From Spirosomataceae bacterium (GTDB lineage Bacteria > Bacteroidota > Bacteroidia > Cytophagales > 172606-1), in NCBI GenBank assembly GCA_965248855.1, contig CBDFKQ010000004.1:243342-307341 (forward strand): 64,000 nt of DNA, given 5' to 3'. Both the position numbers and the translations under genes were made by a program. Positions within the stretch are counted from its first letter, which is position 1; every line of letters starts with the position of its first letter. The notes under the pieces are model-generated. The model was not told the DNA's origin and ran no database searches. It worked only from the letters and a program-made list of their open reading frames with translations. Positions 54,394-63,005 of this stretch are shown here, piece after piece.

Positions 54394-57147
54394 TTAAAAG
54401 AATTTATATTTAATACCTAATAAATATGTTTGATTGAAAACGTCTTTTTGAACAAGAATTCTATCATCTTTTGTTTGCTCAGGTAACCCACTAAATCCTT
54501 TATTTGAATGTAATATTTCAACTATTACAGGATTATTTAAAAGATTAGTTACTTTTCCAAACACTGTAAAGTATTTACCAAATCTCTTCTCTCCTGAAAA
54601 ATCAAGTTGATTGGTTGCCCTTTGCCACCAATCCAAATCTTTCCAAGCAGAAACATAATTGATCCTTCTTCCTGTGTAAACCCAACTTAATTGTGCATCA
54701 ATATTGAAACGAGAATTTTTATAGATTAAAGAAATATTAGCAATATGTGCAGATTGGCCTTGTAACGGTCTTGTTTGACTTACTATTGGAGCAGTATTAT
54801 TTAAGTCGAGATATCTTTTTGTTGTCGTTATTGAAGATTGAGTAAATGTATAGTTTCCTGTAATTCCTATATTTTTATAATATTTTGAAACGACGAACTC
54901 AAATCCATAATTTGTTGCATTTCCAAAATTTTGTGGTTGATAAACCTGAGAACTCACTCCGGAAGAAACAAAAGCATATTCTATAGGATTAGTAATAGAT
55001 TTATAGAATATGCCAGCCAAAATTTGCTCATTTCCTTTTGGAAAAAATTCATACCTTAAATCCAAATTATCAGATTGGGTATGATTTAAATATGGGTTTC
55101 CTTTTTCTGTATTATAATCTCCGGAAATTTCAGCCGGAATCAAGTCAAAAAAACTTGGTCTGCTGATAGCTTTATAATATGATAATCTTAAATTTTGTTT
55201 ATCATTAACCATAAACTTAAAATGAACGCTGGGCAAGATATCTAGATATTGATTAGTACCTTCTTTGCCATCAGCAGTAATTATAAGTTGAGAAAAATAA
55301 TATTGATTTGTATTTTCAAATCTCACACCTCCCAATATTTGTAATTTGTTGCCGACTAATACTTTTCCTTGAACGTAACCGGCAGTTATTTTTTCATCTG
55401 AATAATAATTGTTGGCATTTGTAGAATCAGGACGTTGATTACTTGTTGGCCAGTTAAATGTTGCGTTGCTTACATTTATATCTATTGAATTATAATAAAT
55501 CAACACTCCGTTTTTATCAGTTCCTGATAAATTAAAAGAATTATAAAACCTGTTTCTGTGTTTACTTCTATATAAACCGCCAAATGAAAATTCAAGTTTA
55601 TTAGATGGGTTGAAAATAAAATTAGTGTAAACTGATTTATCTTCATCTTTATTATGCGTCCACCTATGAGTTATAGATGCAGCACTAAACATTGTTGAAT
55701 AAATTTGCTTACTATGTGTTGAATCTTGAACATTCGTATATTTTCTTTCATAATCCATCCAATCAGGAATGAGATTAGTTGCCACTGAATACACACCTGA
55801 AATATCAAATTTTAAAGTATTTGATATCACCTGCTCGATTTTTAATGTTCCATTATATATTCTCTGCCTTTGAAACCTTGACCTATCATACTTATAACCA
55901 TCCCCTAAAGTATAGCCAACCGTAGTTTTATCAGTATATCGATGATAATTTTCATCTAACTGACTAAAAAAGTTATAAAGGCTTATCTTATTTTTTTTAC
56001 TAAATGAATACTCAAATTTAGCATGTAAGCCAAGGCGGGATTGTAAATAAGAGTTTGTACGTTGATGAACATAATTGAAGGCAGGCGAGTTTCCGGCATT
56101 TGGCTGCTCATTTGGTTCAATATAGGTTACATGCGAACCTCTAAATGTATGTTGAAAGGTACCGGCAATTATATATCCTATCTTATTATTAAAAATCTTA
56201 TCTCCAATTGTAAAGTTAAATAATGAATTTATTGGGTTCTTTACATCTTTAAATTTTAATTGATCAACTTTAAAATCTGTAACAGGGATATTATATCCAT
56301 TGCCATGAAGTTCACCCGGGGATTTAAAATCTATAGTTTTATGTGAAAAGCCTGAAAAATTTTGTTGTCCTAATATTGAACTGAACCCGCCTGAAGCAGT
56401 TGTTGAAATTGTAAAATGGTTTGGAGCGCTTTTCATTACTAAATTCATTGCTCCACCTATTGCATCACCCTCCATATTAGGCGTGAGAGCTTTTACCACT
56501 TCTAATCTTTCAATAAGGTCCGCCGGAAAAATATCCATTGGTACATATCTATTTTTATCATTAGGACTGGGTATTTTAATGCCATTTATTAAAGTATAGT
56601 TATATCTTTGATCCATCCCCCTAATAATCGCATATTGCCCGTCTCCACTCCCGTTTCTAACCACTGATACACCCGAAACCCTTTGCAAAACATTTCCAAC
56701 TGTTACATCAGGTAATAATTCAATGGCTCTTGCTCCGATAATATTCATTACATTATCCGCTTTTTGTTCTGCTCTTCGCATTACATTATCGGATTCTTTA
56801 TCGTTAGATGTAGCGGTTACTACTACCTCATCGAGATTTTTAGTGTTTTCAATTAGATTTAAATCTAATTTTAAAGTTTGTTGGTTTACAGAAATGCTAC
56901 TTTCTATATTTTTATAACCTATGTAAGTAATACTGATTATGTAATTACCATCAGGCACGTTTTTGATTTCATAACTTCCATCCAAGCCTGAAGATGTAGC
57001 GAAAGTTGTATTTTTTAATGTAATTGTAGCTCCTATAAGTGGCTCTCCGGTTTTGCTGTCTGTTAAGAAGCCTTTAATGGTGGCGGCATTAGATACTGAA
57101 GTAATAAAAAAGGATAAAATGTAAAATAAGAGTAAAGATTGTTTCAT
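54394..57147 (-). CDS. TonB-dependent receptor (CarboxypepD_reg N-domain, plug, barrel)
   Basis: Signal peptide, TIKGFLTDSKTGEPLIGATITL...GSYEIKNVPDGNY, plug (VLQRVSGV, VEVVKALTPNMEGDAIGG) and C-terminal KYKFF. Confidence 0.85.
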   Translation of the reverse strand: MKQSLLLFYILSFFITSVSNAATIKGFLTDSKTGEPLIGATITLKNTTFATSSGLDGSYEIKNVPDGNYIISITYIGYKNIESSISVNQQTLKLDLNLIENTKNLDEVVVTATSNDKESDNVMRRAEQKADNVMNIIGARAIELLPDVTVGNVLQRVSGVSVVRNGSGDGQYAIIRGMDQRYNYTLINGIKIPSPNDKNRYVPMDIFPADLIERLEVVKALTPNMEGDAIGGAMNLVMKSAPNHFTISTTASGGFSSILGQQNFSGFSHKTIDFKSPGELHGNGYNIPVTDFKVDQLKFKDVKNPINSLFNFTIGDKIFNNKIGYIIAGTFQHTFRGSHVTYIEPNEQPNAGNSPAFNYVHQRTNSYLQSRLGLHAKFEYSFSKKNKISLYNFFSQLDENYHRYTDKTTVGYTLGDGYKYDRSRFQRQRIYNGTLKIEQVISNTLKFDISGVYSVATNLIPDWMDYERKYTNVQDSTHSKQIYSTMFSAASITHRWTHNKDEDKSVYTNFIFNPSNKLEFSFGGLYRSKHRNRFYNSFNLSGTDKNGVLIYYNSIDINVSNATFNWPTSNQRPDSTNANNYYSDEKITAGYVQGKVLVGNKLQILGGVRFENTNQYYFSQLIITADGKEGTNQYLDILPSVHFKFMVNDKQNLRLSYYKAISRPSFFDLIPAEISGDYNTEKGNPYLNHTQSDNLDLRYEFFPKGNEQILAGIFYKSITNPIEYAFVSSGVSSQVYQPQNFGNATNYGFEFVVSKYYKNIGITGNYTFTQSSITTTKRYLDLNNTAPIVSQTRPLQGQSAHIANISLIYKNSRFNIDAQLSWVYTGRRINYVSAWKDLDWWQRATNQLDFSGEKRFGKYFTVFGKVTNLLNNPVIVEILHSNKGFSGLPEQTKDDRILVQKDVFNQTYLLGIKYKFF

Positions 57148-57489
57148 GCAATTCAAAATTATTGCACAAAATTATTCGATGTAAACTTTATAGGTGTTAA
57201 TTTAATATTAAGCGAACAATGGAAGTATTTTTAATAATTTAAAAAAAAATCTTAAATAGGGATCTAAAAGTTAGTTTTTTGTAAAAAACACTTAAAAAAT
57301 AAATTAATCTTAATCTTTAAGTAATATATCTACCACGAAGACCCTTTTTTAATAATCAATAATTAACATATTATTAATATAAAAATAATTCAGGAATAAA
57401 TTTATAATTTTTATGATAATTAATAAAGGGGATTGCCGGTAGGAGTTAAAATAATCTTTTATTTTTATGGATGTCATGTGAGCTTAAAA

Positions 57490-58212
57490 TTACAATTTAA
57501 TTCTGCTCCATGATAAAACTTTTACTCCCTCCGAATAATGTACTAAGTTGGGTTGCGTATTTGATAAGTTTATATCCCCAATTTTATAATTTAAATTAAG
57601 GTTGTTGATTTTCACATTTTTAAGTTCCCATTCTTTATGATGTATGTCATATCGAAATATTTTTTTGTTTATATCAAGGTAAAGACAATATCGTTCTGTT
57701 AACCATTTGTCTAATTCGGATTTATTTGAAATCTTTTCTTCAACTTCAAAATCTATGTCAAAAACAAAATCTTTTATTTCATTTTTAGAATTAAACGTTT
57801 TTTCTGTCCTTTTCATTATTGATTTCTCGTAAGGCAGCCCCGACAATTTTTTTGCAATAAAAACAGATAAGTGTTTTTCGGCTTCTATATTCAAAAAATA
57901 AACACCTTTTTTATTGTCGTTATCAACATATGTTCTAAGATTAATTTCGTGAAAATCGGAAATGAATTTAACGGCAGGTAAGTTTTTGGGTCTGATTTTT
58001 TGCATGGTGAAAGCAACTAATGAGACATAACAGTTACCGGCAAAACTGTCTATTTGAATATATTCCGGTACAAATTTTCGTAAAACTTCAAATGGAATTT
58101 TCCAGTGCATAAAAAGTGCATCGTTCCATTCCTGATAATATTTCCACTGCCCTAAAGGAAGTTCATAAGGTCTATGTGAGGTGTCAGCAAGTAATGTTTT
58201 AATAGCTGTCAT
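57490..58212 (-). CDS. DUF2071 (YqjF-like) family protein
   Basis: ALFMHWKIPFEVLRKFVPEYIQIDSFAGNCYVSLVAFTM matches the family N-terminal pattern. ~240 aa. Confidence 0.6.
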   Translation of the reverse strand: MTAIKTLLADTSHRPYELPLGQWKYYQEWNDALFMHWKIPFEVLRKFVPEYIQIDSFAGNCYVSLVAFTMQKIRPKNLPAVKFISDFHEINLRTYVDNDNKKGVYFLNIEAEKHLSVFIAKKLSGLPYEKSIMKRTEKTFNSKNEIKDFVFDIDFEVEEKISNKSELDKWLTERYCLYLDINKKIFRYDIHHKEWELKNVKINNLNLNYKIGDINLSNTQPNLVHYSEGVKVLSWSRIKL

Positions 58213-58419
58213 ACTGAAGTTAAATAACAAAACATAAAATAAGAAATAAAAGAAACTTGGGATTATAATATTTTCACCTTTTCTTTCTCAAACATTAAGT
58301 AATGATCACAACATATATCAAATTGTCGCAGTATAAAACCCGGAAAAAAAATTTAAAATCATGAAACAGCGACACTGCTTATATATTTGTAGCATCGCTT
58401 TTTCTTTAAGTAATCCTTT

Positions 58420-59076
58420 ATGGCAAAAATATATTTTATAAGCGGCTTGGGTGCAGATGAAAGGGTATTCCGATACTTAAATATTGTAGGCTTTGAAACC
58501 AAAAATATAAAATGGGAAGATCCTTTAAAAAACGAAAGCCTTACTGATTACAGCAAAAGATTAATCAATCAAATTGATTTGAATGATAAGGTTATTTTAA
58601 TCGGCGTTTCTTTTGGAGGAATGATTGCTCAGGAAATTGCTGATTTAATTGATTGTGAAAAAATTATTATTATTTCCAGTATTAAATCGTTGAAAGAGCT
58701 TGATGCAAAAATGCGTTTGGTAAAGCAAAGCACAATTTATAAATACATTCCCTCGGGATTCTTAAAATGGACCAATTCTTTATCCGCTGATTATTATTTC
58801 AGTACAAAAACTAAAGAAGAATCTGATTTATTAAACCAAATAATTAAGGATACCGACAGGTTTTTTATGAAATGGGCGATTGAAAAAATTATGAATTGGA
58901 AGTTTGAAACAACAAATTCAAAAGAAAATTTGACCCACATTCATGGAACTCATGATCGAATTTTCCCAATCAACAATATAAAAAATTCAATTAACATTAA
59001 AGAAGGTGGGCACTTTATGATTGTAAATAGAGCTGAAGAAATAAGTTTAATAATTCAGGAAAAACTAAGAGAGTAA
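58420..59076 (+). CDS. alpha/beta-fold hydrolase
   Basis: Nucleophile elbow LIGVSFGGMIA (GxSxG) and a C-terminal EGGHF with the catalytic His. Confidence 0.7.
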   Translation: MAKIYFISGLGADERVFRYLNIVGFETKNIKWEDPLKNESLTDYSKRLINQIDLNDKVILIGVSFGGMIAQEIADLIDCEKIIIISSIKSLKELDAKMRLVKQSTIYKYIPSGFLKWTNSLSADYYFSTKTKEESDLLNQIIKDTDRFFMKWAIEKIMNWKFETTNSKENLTHIHGTHDRIFPINNIKNSINIKEGGHFMIVNRAEEISLIIQEKLRE

Positions 59077-59146
59077 AGCAATACTTGCTTTTGGTAAGTC
59101 AATGTTAAACTTACATTATGAAAATAATTTAGATAAATCATCAAAA

Positions 59147-59827
59147 TTATTTTAGGATGTAAAATATTTGTAAGTTTAATCCAACAGTTATATCATCAAT
59201 TGTATAACCCATTCCTTGAACATAAACAGGTTTCATTTTAGAACCTCTATAGGGAACATCTTCATAATTAACTTTCGGTAAACCAATTTTAGGTTGAAGG
59301 CAAAGAATAATTTTTTGAGATACCGGTATGTGCAGATTCCCTGTGAGCTCTAAACCTAATCCGGCTTTGTTTTTTCTTTCAAACTTTATATTCCCATCTT
59401 CAAAATAATTATTACTAAAAACTATATTTCCGGTTTCATTGTATTTGAATAAAACAAAATTTAAACCTCCGTTAAATTTAACTTTTTTTAAAGTTTTTAA
59501 ACGGGTTTCAATACCTAGTTTTAGATAATATCCTTCATTTATGTAATTATCCAAATTTGCCATTATTCTATCAACCCGGTATTTTGAGTAACCTACTGCT
59601 AAGGCAACCACAGGTTTGTATTTTCCGGTGATCAATTTTACAATTGGTTCAATCACGATTCCATTCCTATCGTCGGAATGCATATATATATTTTGTGTGA
59701 GATCTAAGCCGACTAATATTTTTAATTTTGTTGGAGGATTATCAATTTTTGTTTCTTGTGCTGTTAATTTTATTGTAATAAGAAAAAATAATAAATTAAT
59801 AACGAGATACCTCAGCCATGTTGCCAT
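59147..59827 (-). CDS. hypothetical secreted protein, possible outer-membrane beta-barrel
   Basis: Signal peptide (FFLITIKLTAQ) and an alternating hydrophobic pattern. No family recognised. Confidence 0.35.
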   Translation of the reverse strand: MATWLRYLVINLLFFLITIKLTAQETKIDNPPTKLKILVGLDLTQNIYMHSDDRNGIVIEPIVKLITGKYKPVVALAVGYSKYRVDRIMANLDNYINEGYYLKLGIETRLKTLKKVKFNGGLNFVLFKYNETGNIVFSNNYFEDGNIKFERKNKAGLGLELTGNLHIPVSQKIILCLQPKIGLPKVNYEDVPYRGSKMKPVYVQGMGYTIDDITVGLNLQIFYILK

Positions 59828-60230
59828 TTAATTCTAATAGTTTAAAGGTTGAAGGTTTGATTAATTTAAAGTCGCTTATCTCAATTTCAAAGCCGCATAG
59901 ATTAGAATAGAAGACAGACGATCTCTTATAAGAAATAGTTAATGTATCTGTTCTTTTAGTTCCTTTAAAAATATACGTCGTGACATCTTCTTTAAAAGAA
60001 ACCGGCAGATTAAATTGATTATATCCATAATTAAAGGCACTTGTAGAATCAATACCGGCAATCGGTTTAAGGGCTTTAAGAGCAGTGATAGAATAATAGT
60101 AGCCATACTTGGGTTTACTTAAGGTATCGCTAATTTTTAAATTAAAATCATATGTTACATGGTCACGGCAACGACAGCCTGAAAAAATTAATATAATAAA
60201 AACCGGAAGAAGGATAAATGTAATTTTCAT
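59796..60230 (-). CDS. hypothetical lipoprotein
   Basis: Start at MKITFILLPVFIILIFSGC (lipobox). It overlaps the downstream gene by ~30 nt. Confidence 0.4.
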   Translation of the reverse strand: MKITFILLPVFIILIFSGCRCRDHVTYDFNLKISDTLSKPKYGYYYSITALKALKPIAGIDSTSAFNYGYNQFNLPVSFKEDVTTYIFKGTKRTDTLTISYKRSSVFYSNLCGFEIEISDFKLIKPSTFKLLELNGNMAEVSRY

Positions 60231-60348
60231 GAATCTTTTTTTAGCATGACCCATCTCATTTGAAAATGGTTGCATGCAAAAAAAATAAATTTTTCTCTAC
60301 TTTGTCGGTTGTTTAAAAAAAGATGTTTTCTCACCTGCTCTTTCCTTA

Positions 60349-60606
60349 TTACTCATAAATTTTAGCTCCTTTAAAAAGGTCGGCAAACATTTGCCAGTCA
60401 GCTTTGTTAGCATCAACATTTTGTTTCATATTGTCATAATATCCTTGAATATCTTCTGTGTATGCACTTAGAGCCTCTAAAAAATCGGAAAGTGTTTTGT
60501 TTTCCCAATCTTCCGGGTTGTCTAAAAAGTCTTTACGTAATATGTTGAGGAACTTAATGAAAGTTTGTCTGTCAGTTACTTTAAAATTGTTAAGTGTGTC
60601 GTTCAT
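60349..60606 (-). CDS. small hypothetical protein (about 85 aa; resembles small immunity-like proteins with a PxxWEN..L..FLEA motif)
   Basis: The true start is probably MNDTLNNF (ATG at 60604-60606); the N-terminal extension in the track runs into the IS3 left end. Motif DNPEDWENKTLSDFLEALSAY...FADLFKGAKIYE. Confidence 0.5.
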   Translation of the reverse strand: MNDTLNNFKVTDRQTFIKFLNILRKDFLDNPEDWENKTLSDFLEALSAYTEDIQGYYDNMKQNVDANKADWQMFADLFKGAKIYE

Positions 60607-60653
60607 AAATTTTGTTGCTAGAACCACAAGTTGCAAACTTGCGGGAGAGGGGT

Positions 60654-60677
60654 TGTCTTGTCCTGAAATAGGTTTAC
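60654..60677 (+). repeat. IS3 left inverted repeat
   Basis: tgtcttgtcctgaaataggtttac. Confidence 0.75.
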
Positions 60678-60693
60678 ACAAAGTAAACTAAAA

Positions 60694-61115
60694 ATGGAAA
60701 AGTATTCAAAAGTTTATCCAAGTAAATGGCAGAGTCAATATAGTAAAGAATTTAAGCAGTCGGTATGCAAGGAATATCTGCTTGGCAATGATTCCAGAAC
60801 CGGTATAGAAAAAAAGTATCATTTAGGTCATGGTCGTATATTAAATTGGCTTAAAGAGGATGGTTATGTTGAATTACCCTGCTCTTTAAATAAATCTGTT
60901 TATATTGTAGGTCTTGATAATTATAATCCAATGTCTGCAGATAATCCTCAACTTCCATCTCAAACTACAACAGGTTTAAATGAGGTTTGCGAAGATCAAT
61001 CAGAAATTCTGCGCCTTAAAAAGAACTTTTAGAAGCTAAGATAAAAGCCGAAGGCTTTGAAAGGATGATAGAAATAGCCGAAGAGCAATTTAAAATACTC
61101 ATCAAAAAAAAGTAA
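60694..61115 (+). CDS. IS3 transposase OrfA (HTH), reading frame apparently interrupted by a 1-nt indel
   Basis: The HTH-like N-terminus stops at 61030-61032. The -1 frame continues ...LLEAKIKAEGFERMIEIAEEQFKILIKKK*, the expected leucine-zipper tail. The switch point is an A5G run at 61018-61023. Confidence 0.6.
61104..61112 (+). promoter_or_regulatory. programmed -1 ribosomal frameshift site (A8G) joining orfA and orfB
   Basis: The A AAA AAG heptamer lies within an A8 run. The orfA-tail frame stops at 61113-61115 while the -1 frame (orfB) is open through the run. Confidence 0.6.
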
Positions 61116-61123
61116 AATACCGG

Positions 61124-62041
61124 GTAATCCATGAGTTAAAGGACAAATACAGCGTAAACCTTACCTGTATTTGTCGGTTATTTGGTATCACCCGTCAGGC
61201 TTATTACCAACACTTTTGGCATGAAGATGAGGTGGGATTAGAAGAGGAGATGATTATAAAACAAGTGGTGATGATCAGGCAAAACCACAGAGCAATGGGT
61301 ACAAGAAAACTATTTGAGATCCTGCAACCTTTTTTGATGGAACATCAGATTAAAATAGGTCGTGATGCTTTATTTGATTTATTGGCCCGTCACCAATTAT
61401 TAGTTAAAAAACGAAAAAGAAAAATAAGTACCACCATGAGTTACCACCGGTTCCATAAATGGCCTAATCTGATTAAAGACTTTATTCCGTCTGCACCCAA
61501 TGAACTTTATGTGAGTGATATAACATATTGGAAAATAGAAACAGGATATGTTTACATCAGTTTTATTACAGATGCTTATTCTCATAAAATCGTTGGTTAT
61601 CGGGTAGCAGAAACTCTGGAAGCAGTAGAAAGCTTAAGCGCATTAGAAATGGCACTTGAATCGTTTCCGGCTAAAATAAAAGAAAAACTTATTCACCATT
61701 CGGACAGAGGGGTACAATATTGCAGTGATGGATATGTAAAGTTATTGCAGGACAATCACATCCGGATCAGCATGACACAAACCGGCGATCCTCTAGAAAA
61801 CGCAATAGCCGAGCGGGTAAACGGTATATTAAAAGAAGAGTATCTGTCGCATTTTAAAGTAAGTACCCTTGAAGAAGCGAAAAAAGTATTGGAAGAAAAC
61901 GTAAAACTTTATAATAGGGAGCGACCACATATGAGTATAGGCAACCTTACACCTTCTTTTATTCATGAAAACAACGTTCCAACAGAAAGGCTGTGGAAAA
62001 ATTATTATCAAAAGAGAAAAGAAGAAGTAATTACATGCTGA
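61124..62041 (+). CDS. IS3 transposase OrfB (DDE integrase/rve domain)
   Basis: VIHELKDKYSVNLTCICRLFGITRQAYY (HTH_21-like), then DDE residues in YVSDITYW, HHSDRGVQY and NAIAERVNG. It is expressed as an OrfAB fusion, so it has no independent ATG. Confidence 0.9.
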   Translation, partial: VIHELKDKYSVNLTCICRLFGITRQAYYQHFWHEDEVGLEEEMIIKQVVMIRQNHRAMGTRKLFEILQPFLMEHQIKIGRDALFDLLARHQLLVKKRKRKISTTMSYHRFHKWPNLIKDFIPSAPNELYVSDITYWKIETGYVYISFITDAYSHKIVGYRVAETLEAVESLSALEMALESFPAKIKEKLIHHSDRGVQYCSDGYVKLLQDNHIRISMTQTGDPLENAIAERVNGILKEEYLSHFKVSTLEEAKKVLEENVKLYNRERPHMSIGNLTPSFIHENNVPTERLWKNYYQKRKEEVITC

Positions 62042-62254
62042 AAGTTTTAAAGCATACCGCCCAAAACGAGAATAACTTTTTTTGCCTGTAGGAGGGCAAA
62101 AAGTTATTTCCCGCTTTGGGCTACTCCATAGAAGAATAGTAAACTTATTTTAGGATTAAAGAAAAACAAATAATCATCAGAAAGGGTAAAAATGTAAATC
62201 AATTTTAGGATTATATTTGAAGTGTAAATCAATAGCTGTATTATAAATTAAACT

Positions 62255-62278
62255 GTAAACTTTTTTTAGGACGAGACA
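62255..62278 (+). repeat. IS3 right inverted repeat
   Basis: gtaaactttttttaggacgagaca, the reverse complement of the left inverted repeat with 4 mismatches. Confidence 0.75.
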
Positions 62279-62292
62279 GGTAGTTGTATTGA

Positions 62293-62670
62293 TTATATCA
62301 CTATTCCATTTATTGAAATATAGCATTCTCCAACATCTAAACCGATTTCGTCAAAAATGTCAAAATTTCTAAACTTCATTGTTGCCTCTGGTTCTTTTCC
62401 TTTATTTGGAACAACAACAGAGAATAAGTCAAATTTAAATTGATTTATTCTTACTAATTGTAAATCACCTCCGATCGACTCAAACATATTTTGTTCAATA
62501 ATTTCTTTCAAAACTTTCACAGGTGCTCTCCAATATTCTAGATTATTCTTTTTTTCTTGAACTTTTAATTCATTTTCAACTAAAACCTTTATTTTAACCG
62601 TAAGTGGAAAGGGAAAAGTACCGGATAAATTAACGGCATGGAAAATAAAAGCTGAGTATAAATTATTCAA
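62293..62670 (-). CDS. hypothetical protein with an uncertain 5-prime end
   Basis: 125-aa ORF ending 12 nt from the IS3 right end. Its first ~22 codons are antisense to the truncated paralog fragment, so the real start may be internal or lost. Confidence 0.35.
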   Translation of the reverse strand: MNNLYSAFIFHAVNLSGTFPFPLTVKIKVLVENELKVQEKKNNLEYWRAPVKVLKEIIEQNMFESIGGDLQLVRINQFKFDLFSVVVPNKGKEPEATMKFRNFDIFDEIGLDVGECYISINGIVI

Positions 62671-62950
62671 ACTTCACTTACGCAAAAATAAAATTGACGT
62701 GGTTAAAATTGTGATCAACCAATCAAAATTGGAGCAAACAAAGCAGGCATTAATTGCCTTAGAAAAAGATATTCACGATTTGGAAAAACAACAATTAAAA
62801 TTAAAAGTACCATTAAATGTGGAGGTTGTAAAAGGAGCTTTTACTATTGAAAACTTCAAAACGGGTGAGTATAAAATCGAAAATCCTAACAAATTAATTT
62901 TGGAATCTATTGATAAATATGTGAGGGATTATCTTAAAATGGCATCCTAA
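62606..62950 (+). pseudogene. 5-prime-truncated paralog of the coiled-coil gene at 2638-3183
   Basis: GKGKVPDKLTAWKIKAEYKLFKLHLRKNKIDVVKIVINQSKLEQTKQALIAL...YLKMAS* aligns with residues ~68-181 of the 181-aa protein (GKGKVADKLTVWKTKAEYKLFKLNLRKNKIDITKLIINQSKLEQTKQALISL...NFKMAS*). There is no equivalent of the first ~67 residues. Confidence 0.6.
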
Positions 62951-62969
62951 TTAAGCTATGGAATAAAAA

Positions 62970-62994
62970 AACTCCTGACCGATGATCAGGAGTT
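62970..62994 (-). terminator. terminator of the DegT-family gene
   Basis: aactcctga / tcaggagtt hairpin with a T7 run on the minus strand. Confidence 0.65.
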
Positions 62995-63005
62995 AAATGA
63001 GCGTT

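Larger units (their letters stand above)
60654..62278 (+). mobile_element. IS3-family insertion sequence (1625 bp)
   Basis: TG...CA termini. The 24-nt imperfect inverted repeats match at ~20 of 24 positions. A GGT direct repeat flanks both ends (60651-60653 and 62279-62281). orfA/orfB carry an A-rich -1 frameshift site and a DDE orfB. Confidence 0.85.
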
